Positions 12,101 to 18,863 of a stretch of DNA of 64,000 bases are shown here, piece after piece. The position numbers and the translations under genes are program-made. Below the pieces are notes generated by a model. It did not search any database and was not told the origin of the DNA. It saw nothing but the letters and a program-made list of their open reading frames with translations. This stretch comes from Thermoanaerobaculia bacterium (lineage in GTDB: Bacteria > Acidobacteriota > Thermoanaerobaculia > Multivoradales > JAGPDF01), in contig DASWJT010000008.1 of the NCBI GenBank assembly GCA_036397015.1, positions 21,074 through 85,073 of the forward strand, read 5' to 3'. The first letter of the stretch is position 1; each line of letters opens with the position of its first letter.

Positions 12101-12172
12101 GGCGCCGCCGACGGCGCCCTCTACGCCGCCAAGCGCAACGGCCGCAACCGCGTCGAGCTCGCCCGCGGTTGA
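9146..12172 (+). CDS. Periplasmic beta-propeller (two-component-regulator propeller / Y_Y_Y type) sensor diguanylate cyclase
   Basis: ATG at 9146 overlaps the transporter stop (ATGA). The product starts MKRRLAGWARAAALATLAA (signal). It has many repeats of the form LWVGT..GL..., then a TM segment (LGGLALLGAVAASA) and a GGDEF domain (DPVTGIANRRRFD...RFGGEEFAVLL...YAAKRNGRNR). Confidence 0.85.
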   Translation: MKRRLAGWARAAALATLAAGRTDLVTASPPSVAAGDPIRASDPFVRVYRDSDGLPQNTVHALALDASGYLWAGTQDGLARYDGRAWRRESPPAVNGALFVRDLLAAADGALWVATQAHGLLLYSDGVWREVPAVPAELVRQRINALAETGAGSARTLWVGTHDRGLFAYSASGWRRIDEAQGLPSSRVWSLAPDGASRLWIGTQRGVASVDPAEGVIARPPGAPLASVSSLEVTREHGGAVLWVGTYGDGLHRLDASGWTRLGETDGLPSLFVTDLARRVDDPDEVWIATDGGGLAWADARTLELFEVGPQFASRAAYRLLETTEAEGGEALWVGTRNGGLLRVTERLWRTLRPPTDSPSPVSALLVASSDAGEDELWVGTDGDGLALWRGGEWRRFDRAAGELSEDVVLALLATSDLGGGRRVWVGTRNGGLDVWNGSAWTRHDAASGALPSDLVQALAEVPTATGSSELWVGTREGLALFDGSAWSRPAAAGGWPSSSILALEVDRDVAPPAVWIGTSEGLWRAQRGSLRQWRVEDGLPHPSVQALHLRRAARGRRELWIGTDGGGLALLDPDRPDVPVRVAPDPAVPELANPVVYALVEDRNGHLYASTNQGVSRFRSGVEGGVVEREDFLVFHGLPVHQGSRGAAAVDERGRVWIGTVGGVAVLDPQRERRDTTPNRVLLEARLPRAEDAPLRLGASVPAAAAEIVFTYRLLSFVGEPLTRFRTELAGGDGEMSEWSAVAERTIAGLAPGDYVFRVWGRDAAGNVSHPAALEFRVAPSFWQRLWVRSLGGLALLGAVAASAHWRVRVHQRRARLLEQTVAERTAQLAKANELLARLSFLDPVTGIANRRRFDETLESEWRRAVRLGTPLALVMIDIDEFKALNDSYGHPRGDEVLRDVAEVLGEGLPRSGDLLARFGGEEFAVLLPATDVAGAAGLAEELRARVAAAGIAHGASRVAPHLTVSCGVAAATPIATTGASALVGAADGALYAAKRNGRNRVELARG

Positions 12173-12176
12173 GCGC

Positions 12177-13361
12177 TCAGCGCGGCCACTCGCCGGCCAG
12201 CCGCCGCGACTCCTCGGCGTGGGCGAGGAGCTCGCGCAGCGAGTCGCCGCCGTACTTCTCGAGACAGGCGTCGGCGAGCACGAGCGCGAGCATCGCCTCG
12301 GCGATCACGCCGGCCGCGGGGAGGGCGGTCACGTCGCTGCGCTCGTACTGCGAAGTGTGCGGCTCGAGCGTGTCGAGATCCACCGACGGCAGCCCGTCGC
12401 GCAGCGTCGCGATCGGTTTCTTGTAGATGGTGGCCACGACGTCCTCGCCGTTGGTGACGCCGGCCTCGAGGCCGCCGGCGCGATTCGTCGTGCGGTGGAA
12501 GCCGCGCCCGGCGGTGTAGAGGATCGCGTCGTGCGCCGTGCTGCCGAAGCCGCGGCTGGCGGCGATCGCCGTGCCGATCTCGACCGCCTTGACGGCCGGC
12601 ACCGACATCAGCGCGCGGGCGATCCTCCCGTCCAGCTTCTCGCTCCACTGCACGTGCGAGCCGAGTCCGGTGGGCACGCCGTGGGCGATCACCGTCACCG
12701 AGCCGCCGAGGGTCTCGCCGTCGACCTTGGCGCGATCGACGAGCGCCACCATCTCGGCCTCGAGCGCGCGATCGATCGCGCGCAGCGGCGAGGCGTCGTC
12801 GACGGCGGCGAGATCGAGCCACGCCGGAATCGGAGCGTCGGCGCCGAGGGGTCCGAGCGAGCGCACGCCGCTGCGGATTTCGACGCCGAGCTCGGCGAGG
12901 AGCATCTTGGCGAAGGCGCCGGCGGCCACCCGCGCGGCGCTCTCCCGGGCCGAGGCGCGCTCGAGCAGATCGCGCAGGTCGCGGCGCAGGTACTTCTGGC
13001 CGCCGGCGAGATCGACGTGTCCCGGGCGCGGGCTCTTCAGCCGCCGCAGCTCGGCGAACTCGGCGTCGAACGCCTGCGGGTCGGCCGCCATCGCGCGCTG
13101 CCAGTTCGGCCAATCGCGGTTCTCGATCCACAGCGCGAGCGGCGAGCCGAGGGTCTCGCCGTTGCGCACGCCGCCGCGGATCTCGGCGCGATCGCGCTCG
13201 ATCTGCATGCGGCGGCCGCGGCCGTGGCCGTGCTGGCGGCGCGCCATCTCGCGCTCGAGCCGGGCGGCGTCGACGCGCAGGCCCGCCGGCAGACCCTCGA
13301 GGATCGCCGTCAGCCCCGGCCCGTGGCTCTCGCCGGCGGTGGTCAGACGGAGGCGCCGCAC
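12177..13361 (-). CDS. aroC: Chorismate synthase
   Basis: The 394-aa ORF reads MRRLRLTTAGESHGPGLTAILEGLPAGL...RGFGSTAHD...AGGLEAGVTNGE. This is the typical AroC signature. Confidence 0.95.
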   Translation of the reverse strand: MRRLRLTTAGESHGPGLTAILEGLPAGLRVDAARLEREMARRQHGHGRGRRMQIERDRAEIRGGVRNGETLGSPLALWIENRDWPNWQRAMAADPQAFDAEFAELRRLKSPRPGHVDLAGGQKYLRRDLRDLLERASARESAARVAAGAFAKMLLAELGVEIRSGVRSLGPLGADAPIPAWLDLAAVDDASPLRAIDRALEAEMVALVDRAKVDGETLGGSVTVIAHGVPTGLGSHVQWSEKLDGRIARALMSVPAVKAVEIGTAIAASRGFGSTAHDAILYTAGRGFHRTTNRAGGLEAGVTNGEDVVATIYKKPIATLRDGLPSVDLDTLEPHTSQYERSDVTALPAAGVIAEAMLALVLADACLEKYGGDSLRELLAHAEESRRLAGEWPR

Positions 13362-13371
13362 GCCGCGCAGC

Positions 13372-13806
13372 CTATCCGCCGGCCGATGCGGGCAGGAAGC
13401 GACGGAACGGCTCGACGAGGTCGGCCGGAAAGCGCGTCGGCCGTCGCGAGCCGGCGTCGACCCAGACGTGCTCGGTCTCGCCGGTGGCGAGCAGCACCCC
13501 GTCGCGGGCGACCCGGTAGGCGAAAGTGACGCCGCGGCTCGCCACGCGATCCACCCAGCAGGCGACGTCGACAGCGTCGCCGTAGCGCGCGGCCGCGCGG
13601 TACGACAGCTGCGCGCCGGTGACCAGCAGCAGCAGGCCCTGGCGCTCGATCTCGGCGTAGTGGAAGCCCGCCTGCCGGCAGAGCTCGGTGCGGGCGACCT
13701 CGAACCAGACGAGGTAGTTGGCGTGGTGCACGACGCCCATCTGATCGGTCTCGGCGTAGCGCACGTCGAAGCGCGAGTGGGCAGCGTGAGCCGGTGTCTG
13801 GTGCAC
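13372..13806 (-). CDS. 4HBT/YbgC-type acyl-CoA thioesterase
   Basis: This is the C-terminal 144 aa of ORF 13372..14079: RFDVRYAETDQMGVVHHANYLVWFEVARTELCRQAG.... The start is set at the in-frame GTG 13806. The upstream extension overlaps the neighbouring gene in antisense. Confidence 0.75.
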   Translation of the reverse strand: MHQTPAHAAHSRFDVRYAETDQMGVVHHANYLVWFEVARTELCRQAGFHYAEIERQGLLLLVTGAQLSYRAAARYGDAVDVACWVDRVASRGVTFAYRVARDGVLLATGETEHVWVDAGSRRPTRFPADLVEPFRRFLPASAGG

Positions 13807-13945
13807 GACGCGCGAGCTTACCGGACGCCGGGCCGCGGCGAGCGACGGCTGGCGCTGGTGTGGAGTCCCGCCTTCGACGGCGGCGGCTTCGGCGGCTAGA
13901 CTCCGCCGACCGAGCGGATTCGACGCCGTCCGAGAGAGAGGCAAC

Positions 13946-14389
13946 ATGATTCCTCGCCCCCTGGTCCGTGGCTCGCTGGCGCTCGCTCTCGGGCTTTCGA
14001 GCGTTTCGCGCGCATCCGCACAGGATCCGTGCCTCCTGACGTTGACCGAGGCGCGCGAGCTGGGCGGGAGCGAGATCACGCAGGCGGCCGGCGACGGCCG
14101 GCGCTGCAGCTACGTTGTCAAGGGCGGCGAGACGCGCATCGCGATCGACGTCGGCGGAGTCGACTCTCCCGCCGCCCAGACGCGGCTGGAAGAGCTCGGC
14201 GACGCCTCGCGCTACGACTCGCGCCAGAAGGGGAAGGTCACTTACTGGCTGTCGCGCGCCGACGAGCTCGCCGGCTGGGTGCGGCGCGGCGAGCGCCTGG
14301 CGGAGGTGCGTTCCGACGGCGAGGCGAGCGCCAAGCGCCGGCGCCTGCTCGAGCACGCCTTGCAGCGCGTGGGCGAGCGGCTGCGCTGA
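13946..14389 (+). CDS. Small secreted hypothetical protein
   Basis: The 147-aa ORF has a signal peptide (MIPRPLVRGSLALALGLSSVSRASAQ). A purine-rich stretch (gagagagagg) precedes the ATG. I recognise no family. Confidence 0.5.
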   Translation: MIPRPLVRGSLALALGLSSVSRASAQDPCLLTLTEARELGGSEITQAAGDGRRCSYVVKGGETRIAIDVGGVDSPAAQTRLEELGDASRYDSRQKGKVTYWLSRADELAGWVRRGERLAEVRSDGEASAKRRRLLEHALQRVGERLR

Positions 14390-14492
14390 AGACGGTGCGG
14401 TAGGCTTCGCGCCGAGCTCGCCACGCGTCGCGCGCCGCTCCGGGGGGCGCCGCAGACGGGTCTCGGCGCGCGCTCGGTCGGGGGTTTGGAAA

Positions 14493-15776
14493 GTGGCGAA
14501 AGGCAAGAGATTCCAGGCTCCGAAGGGCACCCGCGACCTGCTGCCGCCGGCGACCGGCGTCTGGGCGCGGGTGGAGGAGACAGCGCGGCGAGTGTTTGCT
14601 CTCTATGGCTACGGCGAGATCCGCACCCCGCTCTTCGAAGAGACCGAGCTCTTCGCCCGCGGCGTCGGCGAGACGACCGACATCGTCGGCAAGGAGATGT
14701 ACAGCTTCCTCGACAAGGGCGGACGCCAGCTCACGCTGCGCCCGGAGTCGACCGCCGCCGTCTGCCGTGCCTACGTCGAGCACGGAATGCAGTCGCTGCC
14801 GCAGCCGGTGCGCCTCTTCTACGTCGGCCCGCACTTCCGCTACGAGCGGCCGCAGAAGGGGCGCTACCGCCAGTTCCACCAGATCGGCGCCGAGCTCGTC
14901 GGCGGCAGGGGCGCCGAATCCGACGTCGAGATTCTCCTCCTCCTCGTCCGCTTCCTGCGCGAGCTCGGTTTCACCGGCCTGAAGATCCTCCTCAATACGG
15001 TGGGGGATGTCGCCTCGCGTACCGCCTACCGAGAGGCGCTCCGGGAGTACCTACTTCCATTGAGGGAAAGACTCTCGGAGGACAGCCGGCGGCGACTGGA
15101 GACGAATCCGCTGCGCATTCTCGACACCAAGAGTGCGGAGGAGCAGGAGCTGCTCCGCGGCGCGCCGACGCTCGAATCGTCGCTGACCTCCGTCGCCGCC
15201 GACCATTTCCGCCGAGTCCTCTCTTCAATGGAAGCTTTTCGTCTTTCGTATTCCGTCGAACCTCGACTCGTGCGCGGGCTGGACTACTACACGAACACGG
15301 TGTTCGAGATCGTGTCGGAGGGCCTCGGGGCGCAGAACGCTGTCTGTGGCGGAGGTGCTTACGAAAGCATGGTCGAGGAGCTCGGCGGCCCACCCACCTA
15401 CGGCGTCGGCTTCGCCATCGGCGAGGACCGGCTGATCGAGGTGCTGCCCGCCGATTCTCCGGCGCGGCGAAAGAGTCCGGGACCTGTGCTCGTGACGGCC
15501 GTAGGAAAGGCTTCCATAGAAGGGGGCGAGGGGCTCGAGCTCGTCGGTCTGCTCGAGGAGCTGCGCGCCGCGGGAGTTCCCTGCCGTGAGGCCGGCAGCC
15601 GCGGCGCGAAACTCTTCGACCTCGCCGAAGCTCTCGACGCGCCGGCGGTGGTCTTTCTCGGCGAGGACGAGCTCGGTTCCGGGTCGCTTTCGCTCCGCAT
15701 CGTCGCTTCCCGCGAACAGTCCACGCTGCCGCGCGGCGAGGCGATCGCGCGCCTCGCGGAGCTGTTTCGCACGTGA
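14493..15776 (+). CDS. hisS: Histidine--tRNA ligase
   Basis: An in-frame GTG at 14493 in ORF 14115..15776 gives VAKGKRFQAPKGTRDLLP...EMYSF...LTLRPESTA...FRYERPQKGRYRQFHQ...RLVRGLDYY...GGGAYE. These are class IIa motifs 1-3. Confidence 0.93.
   Translation: MAKGKRFQAPKGTRDLLPPATGVWARVEETARRVFALYGYGEIRTPLFEETELFARGVGETTDIVGKEMYSFLDKGGRQLTLRPESTAAVCRAYVEHGMQSLPQPVRLFYVGPHFRYERPQKGRYRQFHQIGAELVGGRGAESDVEILLLLVRFLRELGFTGLKILLNTVGDVASRTAYREALREYLLPLRERLSEDSRRRLETNPLRILDTKSAEEQELLRGAPTLESSLTSVAADHFRRVLSSMEAFRLSYSVEPRLVRGLDYYTNTVFEIVSEGLGAQNAVCGGGAYESMVEELGGPPTYGVGFAIGEDRLIEVLPADSPARRKSPGPVLVTAVGKASIEGGEGLELVGLLEELRAAGVPCREAGSRGAKLFDLAEALDAPAVVFLGEDELGSGSLSLRIVASREQSTLPRGEAIARLAELFRT
15054..15074 (+). 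repeat. aaRS-associated AT-rich motif, copy D (forward), inside hisS
   Basis: The sequence is cttccattgagggaaagactc. It matches the reverse complement of copy A at 17 of 21 positions, with the first 10 identical. Confidence 0.75.
15214..15255 (-). repeat. aaRS-associated AT-rich motif, copy A (reverse), inside hisS
   Basis: The sequence is gagtcctctcttcaatggaagcttttcgtctttcgtattccg. The segment 15233-15247 is the exact reverse complement of lysS 32459-32473 (gaaagacgaaaagct). Confidence 0.8.
15506..15525 (+). repeat. aaRS-associated AT-rich motif, copy E (forward), inside hisS 3' region
   Basis: The sequence is aaaggcttccatagaagggg. It matches the reverse complement of copy B at 19 of 20 positions. 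Confidence 0.8.
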
Positions 15777-15808
15777 GCCTTTTCGGGCGCGAGCGCGAGC
15801 CAGACCTA

Positions 15809-15850
15809 CCCCTTCTATGAAAGCCTTTGTCTTTGTCTTGAATGTGAATT
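15809..15850 (-). repeat. aaRS-associated AT-rich motif, copy B (reverse), hisS-aspS intergenic
   Basis: The sequence is ccccttctatgaaagcctttgtctttgtcttgaatgtgaatt. It is the most AT-rich stretch of the 98-nt spacer, lying 33 nt after the hisS stop. Confidence 0.8.
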
Positions 15851-15874
15851 CTCCGGATTCTTCGAGGTGAAGCG

Positions 15875-17620
15875 ATGAAGCGGCGCGGTGCGGGGACGTT
15901 GTCGGCGGAGGAGGTCGGAACGACGATCCTCCTCCAGGCCTGGGTGCAGCGGCGGCGGGACCTGGGAGGGATGGTGTTCCTCGACCTGCGCGACCGCAGC
16001 GGGGTCTGCCAGGTGGTGGTGCGCCCCGCGGCGAGCCCGGAGGTCGCCGCCGCGCTCGCGCCGGTGCGCTCCGAGTGGGTGGTCGAGATCGAGGGGGAGG
16101 TCGCGCGCCGCGAGGCGGTGAATCCGCACCTCCCGACCGGAGAGATCGAAGTGATCGCGCGTCGGGCTGCGGTCCTCTCGCCGAGCGAGCCGCTGCCGTT
16201 CGGGCTCGACGAGCACACCGAGGCGTTCGAGGACCTGCGCCTGAAGCACCGTTACCTCGACCTGCGCCGCCCCGAGCTGCAGCGCAACCTGATGCTGCGC
16301 CACCGCATCGCGCAGGAGACGCGGGCCTACTTCGACGCGCACGGCTTCCTCGAGATCGAGACGCCGATCCTCACCAGGTCGACGCCCGAGGGGGCGCGCG
16401 ATTATCTCGTCCCCTCGCGCGTCCACCGCGGCGAGTTCTACGCCCTGCCGCAGTCGCCGCAGCTGTTCAAGCAGCTCTGCATGGTGGCCGGCTTCGAGCG
16501 CTACCTGCAGATCGCGCGCTGCTTCCGCGACGAGGACCTGCGCGCCGACCGCCAGCCGGAGTTCACGCAGGTCGACCTCGAGCTGTCGTTTCCCACCGAG
16601 GAGGAGATCTTCGCCCTGCTCGAGGGGCTCTTCGTGCGTCTCATGCGGCTCGTCGGCGTCGAGCTCGCGGCGCCGTTCCCCCGCCTCACGTACGCCGAGG
16701 CGATGGCGAGCTTCGGCACCGACCGGCCCGACCTTCGCTTCGGGCTCGAGATTCACGATGTCACTCGCGAGGTGGCAGACAGTTCGTTTCAAGTTTTTTC
16801 AAAGACTTCCATTGAAGGGGGAGTGGTACGAGCGATCGTGGTTCCCGCCGGCGCCTCGGCGACGCGATCGCGGGTGGATGCGTGGAGCGAAGTCGCGAAG
16901 CGGCACGGCTTGCCGGGCCTGCTGACGCTCAAGCGTGTCAACGGGGCGCTTACGTTTCAGGTCAAGAGCGTGCACGCCGACGAGCTCGAGCCGATCGCCG
17001 CGGCGCTCGAGCTCCTCGACGGGGACCTGGCGTTGCTCGCGGCGGGTTCTACGGCCGTGGTGGCGCCGGCGCTCGGGGCGCTGCGTCTCGAGCTCGGGCG
17101 GCAGCTCGAGCTGGTGCCGGCGGGGGAGTGGAAGTACCTCTGGGTGACCGAGTTCCCGCTGCTCGAGTGGCACGCTGAGGACGGGCGCTGGTACTCGATG
17201 CACCACCCCTTCACCAGCCCCGACCCCCGCGACCTCGACCGCCTCGACAGCGACCCAGGTTCGGTGCGCGCCCGCGCCTACGACCTCGTGCTCAACGGCA
17301 CCGAGCTCGGCGGAGGATCGATCCGCATCCACGACGGCCGCGTGCAGTCGCGCGTCCTCGAGCGGCTCGGCATCGGCGCCGAGGAGGCGCGGACGCGCTT
17401 CGGTTTCCTGCTCGAAGCCCTGAAGTACGGCGCCCCGCCGCATGGCGGAGTCGCTCTCGGCCTCGACCGCATCGCCATGCTGCTCGCCGGCGCCTCGTCG
17501 CTGCGCGAGGTGATCGCCTTCCCCAAGACCGCGTCGGCCACCGACCTGATGACCGACGCGCCGTCGGCGGTCGACGACGCCCAGCTCGCCGAGCTCGGCA
17601 TCGCGCTGCGCCAGCGCTAG
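15875..17620 (+). CDS. aspS: Aspartate--tRNA ligase (bacterial type with GAD insertion)
   Basis: The 581-aa ORF reads ...GWVQRRRDLGGMVFLDLRDRSG...FRDEDLRADRQPEFTQVD...GGSIRIH...PPHGGVALGLDR. Confidence 0.95.
   Translation: MKRRGAGTLSAEEVGTTILLQAWVQRRRDLGGMVFLDLRDRSGVCQVVVRPAASPEVAAALAPVRSEWVVEIEGEVARREAVNPHLPTGEIEVIARRAAVLSPSEPLPFGLDEHTEAFEDLRLKHRYLDLRRPELQRNLMLRHRIAQETRAYFDAHGFLEIETPILTRSTPEGARDYLVPSRVHRGEFYALPQSPQLFKQLCMVAGFERYLQIARCFRDEDLRADRQPEFTQVDLELSFPTEEEIFALLEGLFVRLMRLVGVELAAPFPRLTYAEAMASFGTDRPDLRFGLEIHDVTREVADSSFQVFSKTSIEGGVVRAIVVPAGASATRSRVDAWSEVAKRHGLPGLLTLKRVNGALTFQVKSVHADELEPIAAALELLDGDLALLAAGSTAVVAPALGALRLELGRQLELVPAGEWKYLWVTEFPLLEWHAEDGRWYSMHHPFTSPDPRDLDRLDSDPGSVRARAYDLVLNGTELGGGSIRIHDGRVQSRVLERLGIGAEEARTRFGFLLEALKYGAPPHGGVALGLDRIAMLLAGASSLREVIAFPKTASATDLMTDAPSAVDDAQLAELGIALRQR
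16778..16823 (+). repeat. aaRS-associated AT-rich motif, copy F (forward), inside aspS
   Basis: The sequence is acagttcgtttcaagttttttcaaagacttccattgaagggggag. The core is cttccattgaagggg. The upstream arm resembles the reverse complement of lysS copy C (acagtt...tttcaa...cttccat). Confidence 0.75.
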
Positions 17621-17663
17621 ACGGCGCGCCGTGCCGGCGCGGGCGCCTCGGCATTGGCCAGCG

Positions 17664-17684
17664 CTCCATTCTGTGGAAGTCTCC
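17664..17684 (-). repeat. aaRS-associated motif, copy H (reverse, more diverged), aspS-aroB intergenic
   Basis: The sequence is ctccattctgtggaagtctcc. Its reverse complement ggagacttccacagaatggag matches copy F at 15 of 19 positions, with agacttcca identical. Confidence 0.55.
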
Positions 17685-17689
17685 GCGCG

Positions 17690-18799
17690 ATGATGCACCG
17701 CGTCGAGTCGTTCGACCTCGCTCACGCGGGCGGGACGACCCGTCTGCTCTACGGCGAGAGCGCGATCGCCGAGGGCGCGCGGGAGCTCGCCGCACGGCTC
17801 GGCGGCCGGGCGCTCTTCGTCGTCTCGGCGCCGCCGATCCGCGAGCTGCACGAGGCGGCGGTCGCGCCGCTCGTCGCGGTCGCGGGCTCGGCGGTCTGGC
17901 TCGACGTGGCCGACGGCGAGGCCGCGAAGTCGGTGGGCGAGGCGGAGCGACTGTGGATGGCGCTCGTCGCCGCCGGCTGCCGGCGCGACGACTGCGTCGT
18001 CGGCTTCGGCGGCGGTTCGGTGACCGACGTCGCCGGTTTCGTCGCCGGCACGATCCTGCGCGGTGTCGACTGGGTCGCCGTGCCGACGACGCTTCTCGCC
18101 CAGGTCGACGCGGCGATCGGCGGCAAGACGGCGATCGACCTGCCAGCGGCGAAGAACGCCGTCGGCGTCTTCCACCACCCGCTGGCGGTGCTCGCCGAAC
18201 CGGGCGTGCTCGCCACCCTCGACGGCGCCCAGCGCCGGCACGGCCTGGTCGAGTCGATCAAGACCGCCGCCATGCTCGACCTCGCTCTCTTCGAGCGCAT
18301 CGAGCGGCGCCTCGACCGGGTGCTGGCGGGCGATGCCGAGACGAGGGCGGCGGTCGTCGTGGCGACCGCGCGCGCCAAGGCACGCCTGGTCGAGCGCGAT
18401 CCGCGCGAGGCTGGCGCGCGCCAGCTGCTCAACTTCGGCCATACGCTCGGCCATGCCCTCGAGGCGGAAGTCGGCTACGGCCGCCTCGCCCACGGCGACG
18501 CGGTGGCGCACGGTATGCGTTTCGCCCTCGCGCTGTCGCGCGCCGCCGGCTGCGACGAAGCGTTCGCGGCGCGCGTCGAAGCCGTGCTCGACCGGCTCGC
18601 CGTGCCGCCGCTGCCGCCGCTCGCGCCGGCGGCGCTCCTCGCCGGGCTCGAGCGCGACAAGAAGGCGCGCACCGCAGGCCTCGGCTGGGTGCTGCTGGCC
18701 GCTCCGGGAGAGGGCCGCTACGGCGTGCGGCTCGCCCCCGAAGCGGTCGCCGCCGCCCTGTCGAGCTTTTTCCGGCGAACGGGCGGCGGACCCCTATAA
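17690..18799 (+). CDS. aroB: 3-dehydroquinate synthase
   Basis: This lies within ORF 17654..18799. ATG at 17690 (MMHRVESF...) fits the N-terminus of AroB homologues as I recall them. It contains GGGSVTDVAGFVAGTILRGVDWVAVPTTLLAQVDAAIGGKTAID. Confidence 0.9.
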   Translation: MMHRVESFDLAHAGGTTRLLYGESAIAEGARELAARLGGRALFVVSAPPIRELHEAAVAPLVAVAGSAVWLDVADGEAAKSVGEAERLWMALVAAGCRRDDCVVGFGGGSVTDVAGFVAGTILRGVDWVAVPTTLLAQVDAAIGGKTAIDLPAAKNAVGVFHHPLAVLAEPGVLATLDGAQRRHGLVESIKTAAMLDLALFERIERRLDRVLAGDAETRAAVVVATARAKARLVERDPREAGARQLLNFGHTLGHALEAEVGYGRLAHGDAVAHGMRFALALSRAAGCDEAFAARVEAVLDRLAVPPLPPLAPAALLAGLERDKKARTAGLGWVLLAAPGEGRYGVRLAPEAVAAALSSFFRRTGGGPL

Positions 18800-18863
18800 T
18801 CGCGCCGTGGCGTTCGACGACACCACGGGCTCGCGCCAGCGGCCCTCCGCGGCGTGGCGTTGG

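Noticed and set aside
16805-16822. The idea that the shared motif merely reflects a conserved peptide, since S-I-E-G-G is encoded in both hisS copy E and aspS copy F.
   Set aside because: Copies D and G carry the same nucleotide core in other frames, encoding LPLRE and LSFRG. Copies A and C lie on the antisense strand of the coding sequence, and copies B and H are intergenic. The conservation is therefore at the nucleotide level.
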